64,000 nt of DNA from NCBI GenBank assembly GCA_000388065.2, contig KB932202.1. One strand, written 5' to 3'. Below, one piece after another: positions 24,121 through 37,463 of this stretch. Below the pieces are notes generated by a model. The model did no database searches, was not told where the DNA came from, and saw nothing but the letters and a program-made list of their open reading frames with translations. A program made the translations under genes and the position numbers. Numbering within the stretch: the first letter of the stretch is position 1; each line of letters begins with the position of its first letter. This DNA is from Fonticula alba ATCC 38817 (Eukaryota; Protista; Nucleariida).

Positions 24121-27100
24121 CTACTTGCGGGACTTCTTCTTGCCGTCGCCGGCCCCGGTGGAGGAGGCCTTGCGCTTCTTGGCACCAGCAGCCGGCGAGG
24201 GCGCGGCGCCGGTGGCCCCGGCGTCCGCCTCCGCACCGGACCCCTTCAGGCGCCGGGCCCGCACACTGTCCGGGTTGGCCACAGACAGCGACGCACCATC
24301 GACAAGAGCCGAGGCCCCCTCAGCCAGCGAGGCCGCCCAGGCCTCCTCATCCTGAGGCAGGGCAAACTTGCTGACATCCATGGACTTGAAGACACGACGC
24401 TGCTCGGCGCGAAGTTCCTCCCGGGCAGCATCGGTCAGGTCGTCAGTCAGAGACTGCCCGACCGCCGACCAGGCAGCCGACTTGCTGGCATCCCGCGGAC
24501 CAGTGCCAGCGGCACCGGTGCCCAGGTCCCCGGCCGAAGTGACAGCCGCCAAGCGCGGCATGGTCGACTCGTACGCCTGGGCATTCAGATCGGCGTAGTA
24601 CTTGGCGATCTTGCGCACGCTCTTGTTGAAGAGGGCCAACACCTGCGACACCGACAGGCTGAGGTCCTTCTCCAGCTGCTCGACCGACTTCCGCTGCAGG
24701 CCAAGAGCCAGCATGACGGCCGACTGGACCGGCGAGAGGTTCACAGCCGCCGGCGGAGCGGGCCCGGCCTCGCTGGCAGGCGCCTCGGCCGCCAGCTGCC
24801 CGGTGAACAGGTGCATCGTCATGGCCGGCACCAGGTCCAGGATCATGTGGTAGTCAACCAGATTGCGCGAATACGCGTCCAGGCGCTTCAGATCATACGG
24901 ACTCAGGACGGCCAGCATCTGCTCGCGACACAGGCGCCCAGTGTTCGGCAGGGGGACCCCGGCGCTGGAAGTAGCCAGGACCTTGGACACGTGGGTGTTG
25001 TTCAGCAAGTCCATGGCCAGGGCAGGCGAGAAGTTGCGGAACTGGTACGACAGCAGGGTGGTAAAGCGCCGCGAGAAGTCGGTCCAGAACTCGCTCAGCC
25101 AGCTGTTGGACAGGCTGGTGATCGGATCCGCGCGGTTCAGCTGCGACAGCATGATGCAGGTGTGCTCGCCAGTGAGATCGTTCTGTGAAGGGCCGGAAGA
25201 AGAGGGGGGAGAAGGTTAATGCATGAGCAGGAGAAGGAGGGGAGAGGGGGGAGAGAGAGAGAGAGAGAGAGAGCGCGGGTGTGCGTGTGTGTCTGTGTGT
25301 GTGCGTCTGCGGCGAGGGTGAGTGGGCTCAACCGGAGGCGCCCAGCTGGAGGGAAGACGTACGGGAGTCTGACGCAGGTAGACAGGCACAAAGGTGGCGC
25401 GCTTCCAGAACCTGCAGGGTGGCAGGGAGGAAAGAGCAGGACAAAGGGACACACAGAAAAATAGAGAGGACGAGGGAGAGGTCAGACAGTTGCTTCGGTG
25501 AAGGAAAGGCCGAGGCAGAGAACGCACTTGTGAAGCTGGGCAGTGAGGCCGAAGGACACACCCAGGTAATGGATGCGCTCCGGGGTGCGCTCCGTCAGCT
25601 TGCGCAGGAGAGGAGGGAGGTTCTTACGAGGACGGATGACTTCCGTCTGGAGAGTATCCTGCAAGGCAGCCGAAAAGAAGAAGAGGGAGGAGATGGTAAA
25701 AAAGTGTCAGGAAGGAAGAATGGGACTCACGGGCAAAGGGGCTGAAAGGATGGACGCTGATGCATGCCCCGTACCGAGGAACTGATCTCATCCGCGAGCG
25801 AGGTGCGCGAAGTGGGCTTCTGGCTCACAGTGGAGCTCATGTCCGGGAACTTGCCCTCGTAGTACTCGCGCAGGAGGTTCAACGCGCGAGAGCCATAACC
25901 CATCTAAGTGGACAGATGAAAGTACAACCCGGATGGTCAGTTGAAGGGAGGAAGGGGGGAAGGGAGGAAGGAAGAGAGAAGGAGAGAAAGGGGGAAACTC
26001 GTGGAAGAGATCGGCAGCGCACGTTTTGGTAATCCGGATGCGTGGCGATGCGGACCACGCGAGCGCCAGACATGCTCCCGAAGTCGGACTCCTGGAACTG
26101 TGAAGACAATGATCAGAGGGCAGATAACGGGGCGGGGTGAGTGAGCCTCGACGTGTGTCACAAAAAGCCGGGTGTAAAGGGCAGGAGCAGGATGTCAAGG
26201 GAGAAAGAAGAAGAAGAAGAAGAAGAAGAAGAGGAGGAGGAGGAAGAGGGAGAGGAGGAGGAAGAGGGAGAGGAGGGCACTCACCTGCTGCGCAATGGTC
26301 CAGGGGATCAGATCACCGGACAGGCGCTCCCCACGAGCCAGGCTATGAGCCATGGACTCACGGGAAATGGCGCCCTCCAGGGCCACCTGCACCACAGCCA
26401 GGATCTCCGGCAGATCGCCGGAGCCCGGATCCACCGGGGCCAGCAGAACAAAGATGTTGTGCGCCGGGGCGTCGGACAGGAGCTGCAAGTCGTTCGGCGA
26501 GTTCTTGTAATGCGACGCCACATACAGAGCCACCAGGCGCTGAAGGAAGGACTCGGCCGCCGGGTGGAAGGAAAAGAGGGTGTCGCGCTCGACGAAGTAG
26601 AGCTCACACTCGCTGGGGTGCGGGCAGCCCGTGGACAGACGCGGGACCGAAGTGCAATCCAGGCAGAGAATGTCATTCAGCCACTTCTCAATCGGATCGC
26701 CGGCCGCATAACGGATGGGCTCCTCGAGCTTAATCTCGCGGAGCGAGCGCGATGTGGCCAGCTGGGCGGTCGATGCCGCGGTGTCGGCCTTGGCCGAGAC
26801 GCTCTGCTCGCGCAGCTGCTGCAGGAGCTTCAGCGAAAGCGACCGACCGGTGCCCTCATAACTGACGGGGGGGAGGGGGGGGGGGTCAGCCAAGGGTCCA
26901 AAAGAGCAGGCACATGTGAGCAGGCAGGGGCAATGTGAAGGACACCCGCGCACCCGTTGATGGTGGACGCCAGGAACACCAGATACGGTCCCATCAGGGC
27001 GCGCACAAGCGGCAGAGGAATGGCCGCCGCCTCATCGATGACCACCAGCTCCGCTTGGCCGAGAACATGGGCGTCCTGAGGCTGGATGTACTGGATAGTC

Positions 27101-28655
27101 TGCCGGTGCTCGCGGAAAATGTTCACACGGACCACGGCCTTGTTGAAATCGGGGTTGGTTGACTGGACAATGTCGTAGTCAATGTGCTCCTCGTAGCCCA
27201 GCAGGTCAAAGCCCTTGAAGACAAACTCGAAGAGGGTCTTCAGGTTCTCCGGCGAGGGGGAGGTCACGAAGATGTTGGAATAACTGCCACACAGGAAGAG
27301 GAGAGGGCGGGCGGGAGGCGGCATAGGGGGCACGAAGAGAGGGAGACGGGGAAAGGAAGAAAGCCAGGATGTTAGAGGGTCAACCGGGATGGGCTCTTTG
27401 AATGAAGGAGAGAACGGGCAAGTGTCACGCACCCGTAGGCCACAGCAGCGGCCATAGCCAGACCCAAGGAAGCAGACTTGCCTCGACCACGCCCGGCAGT
27501 CAGGGACACCGTGGTGCGCAGGGTCTTCTCAGAGACGGCCTCGGTGAAGGCGAGGATGGCCTTGGCCTATGGGATTAAACGGTGCGGAAAGAGGGGGCAC
27601 ACCAAGAGAGGGAGAGGAATGGGGTAACCATAACCATAACAGTGGGTGGGTGGTTAGCGGACGGCACAATGACCATGCGGGGGGGGGGGGGGGGGGGGGC
27701 AAGAAACAAGGGCATCGGGAGAAACCAACCTGATCCACGGTCCGAGCACCCTTGACCAGAGCACCGACCGGCTGGACGTCAGCCAGGGACTCTTGCAGAG
27801 CCTCCAGCTCCGGATCCAGCTTGCGGTGGGCCTCAGAGTCCGGGGCCGGCACAGCCACCAGGCCATTCAGATGGCTGGAAATCGGCAGAAGGTTCAACTC
27901 ATCGTCCAGGACCATGCAGTTGCTGCACTTCGACAGGGAGAGCAGGAAGCGCTCGTTGAAGCGCGCGACAACATCCTGATGGGCCTCGGTGCGATAGCGG
28001 GAGTGAACGTCCTACGGGGGGGGGGGAGGCGGGACGGGGCCAGGCAAAGTGGGACACAGCGCCAATCCAACGTGTGAGAGGGGAGGACAGCGCAAACAGG
28101 ATGGACAATACACCAGGAAGGAAGGCCGGTCCGGGCCCAAAGACATACCATGCTCATGGTGACCAGCTGACGGAGCGAGTCCATGGTCTTGAGCAGCAGG
28201 ACAATGATGCCGCCCCCCTCGACTGTCTCGATGGTACGGGCCAGGATGTTCGGCGTCAGGGCCTCGAAGTCCTGCAGCACGCACATGCCGTAGGTGTTAC
28301 CAAGGACCTTGTGCGACTCCTTGTAGTAGCAGTAGCGGATGTTGGTCGAGGTGACGAAGAGCTCGAACGGGTCCTCGCGGTCCGGGTCCAGCAGGCCGCG
28401 CTGCGCCAGCTTCTTCATCTGGCGCATGCGCTTCTGGCGATGGCTGCTGAAGCCGAGCTCCTTCTTGTAGCACCAAAGGACCGACGGGCGCTGGCGCACA
28501 GACGCCTTGGACAGCATGTAATGCAGGTTGACCACCTGGTCACGGCCCTTATCGCCGAGCATGACCACCAGCGTACGCTGGCGCGTGTGCACGCCATTCT
28601 CGATGAGCGTGCGGACGCGGTTGTCCACCCGCTTGCGAATCATGTTGGAGGACAT
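24121..28655 (-). CDS. NAT10: RNA cytidine acetyltransferase NAT10/Kre33
   Basis: MSSNMIRKRVDNRVRTLIENG, VNLHYMLSK, VLWCYKKELGFSSH, LGNTYGMCVLQDFEALTPNILARTIETVEGGG, LVVIDEAAAIPLPLV, EEPIRYAAGDPIEKWLNDILCLD, LYVASHYKNSPNDLQLLSDAPAH, GARVVRIATHPDY. Basic C-terminus KKKSRK*. Multi-exon; a GCCGCCACCATG start follows an apparent 5'UTR 3' splice site. Confidence 0.97.
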
Positions 28656-29446
28656 GGTGGCGGCCGGAAGCGAGATCTGCGAGGGGAGAGGGGGGATGTC
28701 GCGCGTGCTCCTTGCAGTGCAATGAGGGGGGAGAGAAAGAGAGGAGGAGGGATACGGGGCTGGGAGCGGACCGAACTGGAGAGGGGAGCAGGGCACAGAA
28801 AAGAGGGGGAAGCGGAGGGAGGGGGGTGAGGGAGGGAAGACGGCGCTGTCAGGCCGGACAGGTCCCGGGGAGGCTGCAGCCCGCCAGCCCATGAAGGGAT
28901 ACGGCTCGCATCAGATTGCCCCCTCCCCCCCCCCCCCCTCTCCGGCGCCAGCCGCGGCAGCATCGAGGGTGGGAGTTACAAGTTCCCCGACGGGCGAAAC
29001 TCCTTTCCGCAGGAAGTAACCATCGCAGGGGGCAGGGAACGACCACCTGCGTGCCGCCGTTTCCAGCGCGCGCCCTCCGCCCCCTCTCCCCTCGCCCCCC
29101 GGGCTTGCCCTCGTTCCACAATCAGCCTTGCCACGCGCTACTTTGGGCGAGGTCCACGAGGCGCACAGCCAGTGGTTCTGAAAGTAGACACATCAGAACG
29201 CAGCTGCCAATGCACATTCACTGCTCAATGAGAGTCACATGATGTGGGCGGCTCATCCTCCTATTTCCAGGACTACCGTCCGAGGATCAAAAGGGGGGGG
29301 GGTGCCACACCCCCTCTCTTCAGCCCCCATTCTCCCCCCCCCCCCCTCCCTCTCTTCCTCCTCTTCACACGCTTTCCTCCCCACACAACACTTGCTGCCA
29401 CCAAACCGCCCGAATAGCGCGCTGCACAGGGCCAAAAGGAAACACC
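28656..29446. promoter_or_regulatory. Probable bidirectional promoter region NAT10 / SPT4
   Basis: Head-to-head ATGs 791 bp apart. Inferred from geometry only; no motif identified. Confidence 0.4.
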
Positions 29447-30231
29447 ATGTCTAATCAGAGCCAGGCGTCGTTGATTGTCAGCCGCCAGTTGCCGCCCGAT
29501 CTCCGGCGCATCCGTGCTTGCACTGGCTGCAAGTTCCTCAACGTGCGTCCCCTCTAAATGGTGGCAGAAGAAGGCAATTCCCCGTCGCACTTGCTCCCCC
29601 CCCCCCCCCCTCGATGCCCTTTTCCCCCCACTGACACCTACCTTGCATGGCCAGTCGCTGGACAACTTCAATGACTTTGGCTGCCCTAACTGCGGCCCCG
29701 GGGTGCCGATCACCCGGACATACACCGGGTGCGCTCCACTCTCCTCCCCCCCCCCCCCTCCCATCAGCCCTCCCTCTACCCACCTGCGCTCCTCCCTTCT
29801 ATTGACACATTCACGCATCCACATGCGCACGCACGTGTGCACCTCCTTCCTTTCCTCGGGCCACCAGCACCCTCGCCATCACGAACCCCAATGTAAGCTG
29901 GGTCGCCAAGTGGAAGAACATCCGTGCGTGTATCCCCGCCCCCTACCCCTATCCCCCCCCCCTCCTGTTTGCTTTGCCCCGGCCAAGTATCCAGTCCATT
30001 GACCCGCTCCATGACGGTGCATGTGTGGCTGCCCCTCCCTGTTGGCATGTGCTCTATGGACCATGTACAGCCGCCAATGCTGCCATCGGCCTCTACGCTC
30101 TTGAGATTGCGGCTCCCGTTGCCGGCGTGCGTCAGGAGAACGAGGAGGAGGATGAGTACTACGAGGATGACTATGAGGATGAGGAGGAGTTCGAAGCCGG
30201 TGGCCGCTATTACAGCGACGATGATCTTTGA
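29447..30231 (+). CDS. SPT4: Transcription elongation factor SPT4 (128 aa, acidic tail)
   Basis: Exons 29447-29542, 29655-29728, 29868-29923 and 30071-30231 are frame-consistent. LPPDLRRIRACTGC..FGCPNC (Zn ribbon), TGTLAITNPNVSWVAKW, GLYALEI match the Spt4 pattern LR.LRAC..C/GC.NC/SWV.KW/PGVYA. Confidence 0.85.
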
Positions 30232-30704
30232 GCACCCGAATGTCCCGCGCATGGGTGTATCCACTTTGCCTCTTTTTGTCTTGCGCAAGCACGCCCTCCA
30301 GCCCTGTCACCACCGTCACCCCACCTTTGTACACTAGACCCCCATGATACCAGTGCTCTCCTCCCCCCCCCCCCCCCTGTGCCTCCTAACCCTGATCCCC
30401 GCTCCTTCCGTTGATGGCGAGGTGAGAGAGAGAGGGAGAGATACCAGAGGGCAAAACAGCAGGCATGACCGACAGGCGATCAGGCAGCGTGGAGGCGATC
30501 GAACTGAGAAATGCATTTGCAGGGAGCTCGGAAACAGTGAACTCCGAAAGGAAAGCAGGAAATCGGAAGAGACGGAGTACTTTTGGCAAGACAACGAACA
30601 CCATGGGCCCAAGTGTCGGGTGTGGAAATGACATAGAGAGAGAGAGAGAGAGAGGGGAGAGGGCGGGGAGGAGGAGGAGGGACACAGAGAGGGATGATAA
30701 CCTC

Positions 30705-31925
30705 CTACCACTTGAGCTCTCCCGAGATGCGCCCCCAGACGGAGTCCGGCTCCCCGGGAGCGCTCATGACGCAGCAGTTGAGCGACACCCGCCAGCGCCC
30801 CTTCGTGTGGTTGACCCGATCATACAGACAAACCAGCGTATGAACGTGTGACCCGGCGGGGAAATCCTCATCGGAGTCGTCGGCGTCCGAGTCCTCATCA
30901 TCATAGAAGTCGCCACCGGAAGGATCGGCCGCAGTGTCCGCGTCACCGTCCACCTGCTGCAGCTTCTCCGTGAGGAAGTCCTCAATCTGAGTGACCAGAT
31001 CCTGTGTATGTCGGCGGATGAGGGGAGAAGGGGGGGGGGGGATGAGTCCTAATGCCCGGTGCAAAAAAGGCAGAAAAAGGGGGGAGAAAGGTGGACCGGA
31101 ACCCAAAGGGAAAGGCCGAAGGGGGGCGTACCTTCCCCGGCTCGAGGCTGATCGTGGCCTTCCGGCTGGGAGCCGGGACAATGGCTGTGGTGGCTTCCGG
31201 GCCGGTCTGAGAAGCCAGGACCAGCTCGGCGATGGCAGCGTCACCATCGTTCTGGGGGATATTCTAGGCATCCGGTTCCAGGCAGGGAGAGGGCGGTGCC
31301 AAGAAGAGGGCAAAAAGCAATCCAACGGAGGAGGTGAGGAAGATAGGAAGGAGAGACGGGAGGGGTATGGGGGGGGGTGCTCGCTCCGGGCAGTGGGGGC
31401 GGAAACCTACCGAGTTGAGGGGGTGCGGCACCTGGTGGTGCAGGTAGTGTGCCTCAGAGGGCCCGGTCCCGGCGTCATCACCATGGTCATGGGAGGACGC
31501 CACAATATGGGGGTTGATCATGGCCTGGTCCAATTTGTGGCTCCAGAGCTGGCGGGCCCGGAAGGCGAAGTGGTGGGACCATGTCAGCACCGGCCGAGAA
31601 AAAAGAAGAGACAAGAGGCCAAAGGCAAAGATGAGAGGGCCGGAGGCCAGCGCACCTCATGGAGCCGGCGCCAAGTGCCCTCATCGGGGACCTCGTGGCC
31701 AATGTCATTGCGGCTGGCAACGATCACGGCCTCCAGGACCTTGCGATAGAGGGGGAGCTTAAGCACGGAAGCCGGCAGGGCGGGGGAGGGGGGATAGAGT
31801 GAGATGGGCGGGGTGGGGGGGGGGGGGACGCCAGGCAGCGCGAAGCCAGGTTCCACCAACCGAGCAGGGACAGCAAGTGGAAATGGTGTCTGTATTGACG
31901 GGCGTAGTCGTACAACGTCGGCCAT
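30705..31925 (-). CDS. TOA1: General transcription factor IIA large subunit (alpha/beta precursor)
   Basis: MADV|LPLYRKVLEAVIVASRND..GTWRRLHE|LWSHKL (N-terminal helices). The C-terminus has QVDG, an acidic tract and LVCLYDRVNHTKGRWRVSLNCCVM..GRISGELKW*. Confidence 0.9.
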
Positions 31926-32570
31926 GGTGTATGGAGTCGGGTTGGGAGAGGGCGATGGGGAGAGGAAGCAGGGAGAACTGGGCTCGGGGCGGGAGGCAAA
32001 GCGAAGAGGCGAGGGCGAAGCAAAGGAAGAGGAAGGATGGTCTGGGAGGGGGGGAGGGGTGTTGCCAACGGGCCCCTTCCCAGTGGTCTTCTGGCAGGGT
32101 CGAAAAAAGCTCCCCCCCCNNNNNNNNNNNNNNNNNNNNNNNNNNNNNNNNNNNNNNNNNNNNNNNNNNNNNNNNNNNNNNNNNNNNNNNNNNNNNNNNN
32201 NNNNNNNNNNNNNNNNNNNNNNNNNNNNNNNNNNNNNNNNNNNNNNNNNNNNNNNNNNNNNNNNNNNNNNNNNNNNNNNNNNNNNNNNNNNNNNNNNNNN
32301 NNNNNNNNNNNNNNNNNNNNNNNNNNNNNNNNNNGGACATGCGACCGTGGGGGGGGGGGGGGGAAGGGCGGGGCCCTGCGGCAGCAATAGCGAAAGAGAA
32401 CGGGCGCGACCGAGCAGGCTCGGGCACGTCTTTTCGTTGGCACCACCCGCCCTTGAGCTGACACCCCCTTCTCTGTGATGCCGCCCCACACCTCTCTCTA
32501 ACTCCCACCCCCCCCCCCCCCGGGCAAGAGGGGGGCAAAAATGTTCCAAGCGAAGGAATCAAAAGGAACT

Positions 32571-32644
32571 TGGCCCCAGCCAGGATCGAACTGACGACCT
32601 TCGCGTTATTAGCACGACGCTCTAACCAACTGAGCTATGGGGCC
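32571..32644 (-). tRNA. tRNA-Ile (AAT), copy 1
   Basis: GGCCCCATAGCTCAGTTGGTTAGAGCGTCGTGCTAATAACGCGAAGGTCGTCAGTTCGATCCTGGCTGGGGCCA forms a cloverleaf; a TTTT terminator lies downstream on the minus strand. Confidence 0.97.
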
Positions 32645-32750
32645 TTGTACTTACGGTGCTGGCGACCCATGATATCTTGCTCGCAAGGAGGCCGGGCGAC
32701 ATTGTCATAGCCGCTTCCATGAACACCCACCCAGACACCTAGACGCACAG

Positions 32751-32781
<31 letters not shown>

Positions 32782-33113
32782 TGGCTGGCCAAGGGCCAAG
32801 ACAGGAAGAGGAACAAAATTGCGCTTCAAGTGTTTGATCTATTACGTATACGCGGAGCGCACGCAGCCATCACACCACCATCGACGTGGGGCAAGGGGGG
32901 AAATGGACGATGGGCGGGGAGGGGGAGGAGGCGCGGCATGAAGGGAGGGACTGAAAGGAAGGCAGGCGAAAGGAGATGGGCGGGTGAAAGAATGCTGCGT
33001 GCAGGGGCCGGGGGAGGGGAAGAATGCACAACACGTCCGGCCCCCCAAAAAGGACATGGCCACGCCGCCGTCAGAGCGGCGGACAAGCCCCCAGGGGAAC
33101 ACAGGGAAGAGAC

Positions 33114-34819
33114 TTACATGCCGCCAAGACTCAGACCGAAGCCGAACTGCGAAGTGTTCTTGACATAGTCAAGCTGACCGGCCAGGTGAATGTTGAAGAC
33201 GTTGGGGATGACACGCTCCTCGAAGTGGACACCCAGGCGACCGGCAGTGTCGAGCTGCGCGCGGATGGTGTTGGCTTGGAGGTTGACCCGAATGCCGAAG
33301 GTGCAGACGGCGGCCTTCTCAGCGACGCTGAGCTCCAGCTCGGAACCAGCCTGGACAAGGGGAGTCACCTGCAAGAGGCAAGAGCCAAAGGGTTGAAGGA
33401 ATACTCGATGGGTCAGACAGGGAAGGGAGGAGGAGCGGGAAGGGAGGAGGAGCGGGAAGAAAGGAGTGCAAGAGAGGGAGAGAGAGAGAGAGAGAAAGAG
33501 AAGGAGCGACAGCGTACCTGCTGGAAGTAAGAAAACTGGGACTTAGCGGCCGAAAGGGTGGCGATACCAACGTGGTTGCCGGCAGCATGACGAGCCACCA
33601 GGGTCATGGACGAATCAACACGAGGGCCGGTCATCATGGCAGTACCCTCCATACCGAGAGCCAGGGAAGGAGTCACCTTCTGCAGGTAGTTGTACACAAC
33701 GATGCCAGTCATATCGAGGGGCTGTGTACCAGAAGGGGCGCGCATGGAGACAGGGAACGAGAGGGCGAGGGGGGGAGGAGGCGGAGACGGAGGCAAAGAG
33801 AATGCACGTCAGCTACCAGGGAGCACACGACCTAACAAGGCCAAATGAAAAGAGAGGTGTCCGGGAGCGTGGAGGGTGGGGCGAGGGAACGAGGATAAAA
33901 GAGGACTCCCCTCTGTACGCCACTCTGGGGGGGGGGGGGAGGGGGGGAGAGACGAATTGGGCACAGGAGACCGGGCCGGCAGAAGGGCGGCGGGGGTGGG
34001 GAGACGCACGTTCGGCTGGTAGACACGGACGGCACCGCTGCTGTCCTTGCCCATGTAGTCCGCCTCAAGGGAGTGGGCTGAGCCATCCTTGCTAGTCTGG
34101 AAGGTGGCCTTGGCGGTGATGGCGGGGTTCAGAGAGTAGTGCACGCGGCCATTGAAAGCCTTGGAGCCGGTGTCGAAATCGCCCATGAGGAAGAGGCGCT
34201 GGTTGGACGAACGGACACAGGGGATACATGTTAGTGGAACGCTGCGGAGGACGGCCGCACAGGCAGCTGGAGGAAGAAGAGAGGCGAGTCGCACCTCATT
34301 GGGGACAAGCATCGAGCCGAGGGAGTACGACTGAGGCGCAGTCTGGGAACCGAGGCGCAGACGATGCATGACCTGGAGGTTCGGGGTCATGCCCTTGGCG
34401 ATCTCGACCTTGAAGCCGTCGAAGAAGAAGGACGAAGCGAGGACCTCTGTGGTTGGTAGGTGGGTAGGTAGGTAGGGAGGAGGAGGAGGAGAGATAGAGG
34501 GGGGAGGGGGAGAACGAGTCGGTAAGAAGGAGAGCGGAGAGTGGGGGAGTCGAGCATCGAGAAGGGGAGAGGGGCGAGGAAAGGGAGAGGAAGAGAGAAA
34601 GAGAGAGGAGAAGACGAGCCAGGCAGGGGGGCGGGGAGGGGGAGGGGAAAGAGGCGACATACCGCGAACCTCGCGACCGAGAGTGTCAAAGCTACCCGGG
34701 TGCTGGGAGCGCTCCATGACATCCGGCGCCAGCAGAGACTCGGTCTGGGGAGCGGGGGGGGCGGCAGCGGCAACAGCCTCAGGGGCGGCAGCAACAGGGG
34801 CGACGGCAGAATCCGACAT
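33114..34819 (-). CDS. TOM40: Mitochondrial outer-membrane translocase channel Tom40
   Basis: HPGSFDTLGREVR..FFFDGFKVEIAKGMTPNLQVMHRLRLG, FLMGDFD, HSLEADYMGKDSS, TGIVVYNYLQKVTPSLALGME, SQFSYFQQ|VTPLVQAGSELE, IRAQLDTAGRLGVHFEERV, GQLDYVKNTSQFGFGLSLG. Multi-exon. Confidence 0.92.
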
Positions 34820-35024
34820 GACTACAGAGGTCCCCTGCAGCGGGAGGGAGAAAGAGGGGGGGGGGGGGGGAAGGAAGAGACACAGACGAGGAGCCCAAAA
34901 TGGGGAGGATGGTCAGAGGGGGGAGGCGAAGAAGAGAATATGAGGGTGGGAGAAAGAGCAGAGAGCGGGGATAGCAAGGAGGTAACGCCAAACGACACGG
35001 GAAGCGAGGCGCCCGAGGAAGGGG

Positions 35025-35071
<47 letters not shown>

Positions 35072-37463
35072 AGGGAGAGGGTGGGCAGGAGGATTCAGGA
35101 AAGAAAAAGGGGAGGGGGGCGAAAGGGGCACTAACAATCTTCAAATGAACGGCGTCGAGAGAGGAGGGAGAGGGGTGCCAGGGGGCCGGGGCCGGCGGGG
35201 CGCGAGCACCAGCCTCTTCTCTCCTCAGCAACCGGTCCGAAGGGCGGCGCATGGCTGGAGGCGGGGCGGCGGGGCGGAGTCGAGGACACCCCTCCAACCC
35301 AGGGGAAAACACCGAAGGCCAGCGGACCTTTCGGCCGCGGCAGCGAGCACCACTGCCCCGTTCCAGGCACGCACACACACAGGATGTACCACAAGGCAAC
35401 AGGGTCGGGAGAAGGGCACGGCACGTGCCCCCCCCCCCCCCCCCGCCTCTGCGGCAGCCACGCCTCTGTCTCAGACGCAGGTTACTCTCGGGAGAGGGAG
35501 GAGGGACACCATTGGCGGTATCCTGCCTGAGTCAGAAATAAGGGCATTTGAAAAGGCTGGCACATCCCACCTTGTTTGTGGCCATGCCCCCGCCCCCGCC
35601 CCCCCTCGCCCCTCTTACTCAGAGAACCGCGCGAGGTCAGGACCAGGGGCCAGCGAGGGCGGGCCAGCCACAGTAACGACCGGGAACAGCGTGCCCGATT
35701 TCAGAACCAACCTCGGCCATGGGTTGGTCGCGCAGGCTCCCTGGGGCATTCTGGGAGGGGCATTCTCCCAAGGCCGGCCCTTTAGCTCGAACCCTACTAT
35801 ATGTAGTATGGGAGTGCTGGTGTCGTGCTCCGGAGTCGGGGTATGATGTGCAAGCGATCCGGCTGCAGGTGGTGATCCCGCAGCGCCGGGCCTGGTCACG
35901 ACGCAGGGTCAGGCGCCGGGCCGGAGCATATCGTTAACTGCCAGCGGGTCAGCTCGATGTCCCTGCAGCCCACAATCCCTTGGCGAGGCCGGACTCGGCT
36001 CCGGCGGCCAGACACCGGGGGGGGGGGGGGACGGCATTCCATGGTCCGCCGATCGGTACGTTTAGATCACCACTCGCGCCTGTCCGGCCAATGAGCAGGG
36101 GGCATAGCCCACGCTGGATTCGGCCGAGGGGCCGAAATCTTTGCGTGCGCGCGCGTCTAAGCATGCGGCTCCGTCCCTCCTGTGGCCCTCGCCCATGGTG
36201 GTCCTGGGCGTGCGCAACCCCCCCCCCCCCGCTCTCAGTGGCCTCGTCCAACAGATGGCCGCCCTTGCGGCTGTGCCCAGGTCCCCTGTCCGGAGGCCGA
36301 CCAAGGGCCTGTGCGATACGATGTGCTGGCTTTGGGGCCTGACCCATACAAGTGGCAATAAACTGGGCCACTGTGCACTCTGATCGTGGTGCGGGGCAGC
36401 TGGGCAGGCCTTGTCGTCGTGTGGGAGCCACCTCACCGCCGCACGTCCGACCTCGAGCAACAGCACCCGCATCTCCGTAGAGGCGTGTCTTATGGAGGGC
36501 GCGCGTCCGCCGGGAAAGCAAATGCCTGGATGCTGGCATCCCTAGGGGAGGGGGCGGGAGGGGNNNNNNNNNNNNNNNNNNNNNNNNNNNNNNNNNNNNG
36601 GGGGCGGGGGAGTCGGAAAGGGGTAGTGTGGTTGCTCCCCGGGGCTATGTCCGGGGCAGGGCATCCATCGCGCCTGGCGGCCATTCGCTTGCCATCCCAA
36701 ACACCCCGGACTATTAATTTCCTGACTCACTTCAGGGGGAAAGGGCGGGAAGGAAAACTGGGTGCCCTTTTAGGGAGCGCCGCCGGGGTCGGAAGGCGCA
36801 GGCCGTGGCCAAGTAGGGGTCCAAGGTGTCGTTCTACAGGTGCGCTGGAATGCGGGCACCAGCGGCTCATGCGCCAGCCAGCCACTCGGAACATCTCAAT
36901 GCTCTCGCCAACGCCGATGTCACCCCCAGGGAGACACCACTTGGCGAAGCCGCAGGCTGCCGGATCGCCCCCCTCCCCCCTCCTCTCCAAATGGTGTGGG
37001 CCTCACCCCCGATCGTTGTTCGGGCTGAGGGCATGAGGAATCCTTCGTTGGGACTCCTCTCCTGTGGTGTGGGCGCCGGCCCGGGGCGGGCCGACGCGCT
37101 ATCTCGCCCTCCTGCCCGGGCAGAGGCCAGGGCAGGGCCAATGGGCATGGAGGATGGGGACCCAGGGATGGGACGCCGGCAGGGAGGAGAAACGGCTGAC
37201 ATCGGACAGAGCTCCCCTCCGGATCGTCTCGCCAGCCTTGAACCCGGGCCAAGGGGCGAGGGCCATCGAGTCTCCCGCTGGCGAAGCAGAAGAGGTACTG
37301 TCGATGTGCCAGGTGCAGAAGGCACCCCGGCATTGAGATCACCCGCTTCCCTCCACTCCTCCTCGTGCCCGCCTCGCGACTACCTCCCTTGCCACTCTCC
37401 CTGCCATTCGCGCTCCCTTGGACACTACCCGATTTGCCTGCTCCCCACACCGAGCGCGACACC

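Noticed and set aside
26205-26280. (GAA)n/(GAG)n tract in a NAT10 intron
   Set aside because: Short; fits the general pyrimidine-rich sense-strand intron pattern.
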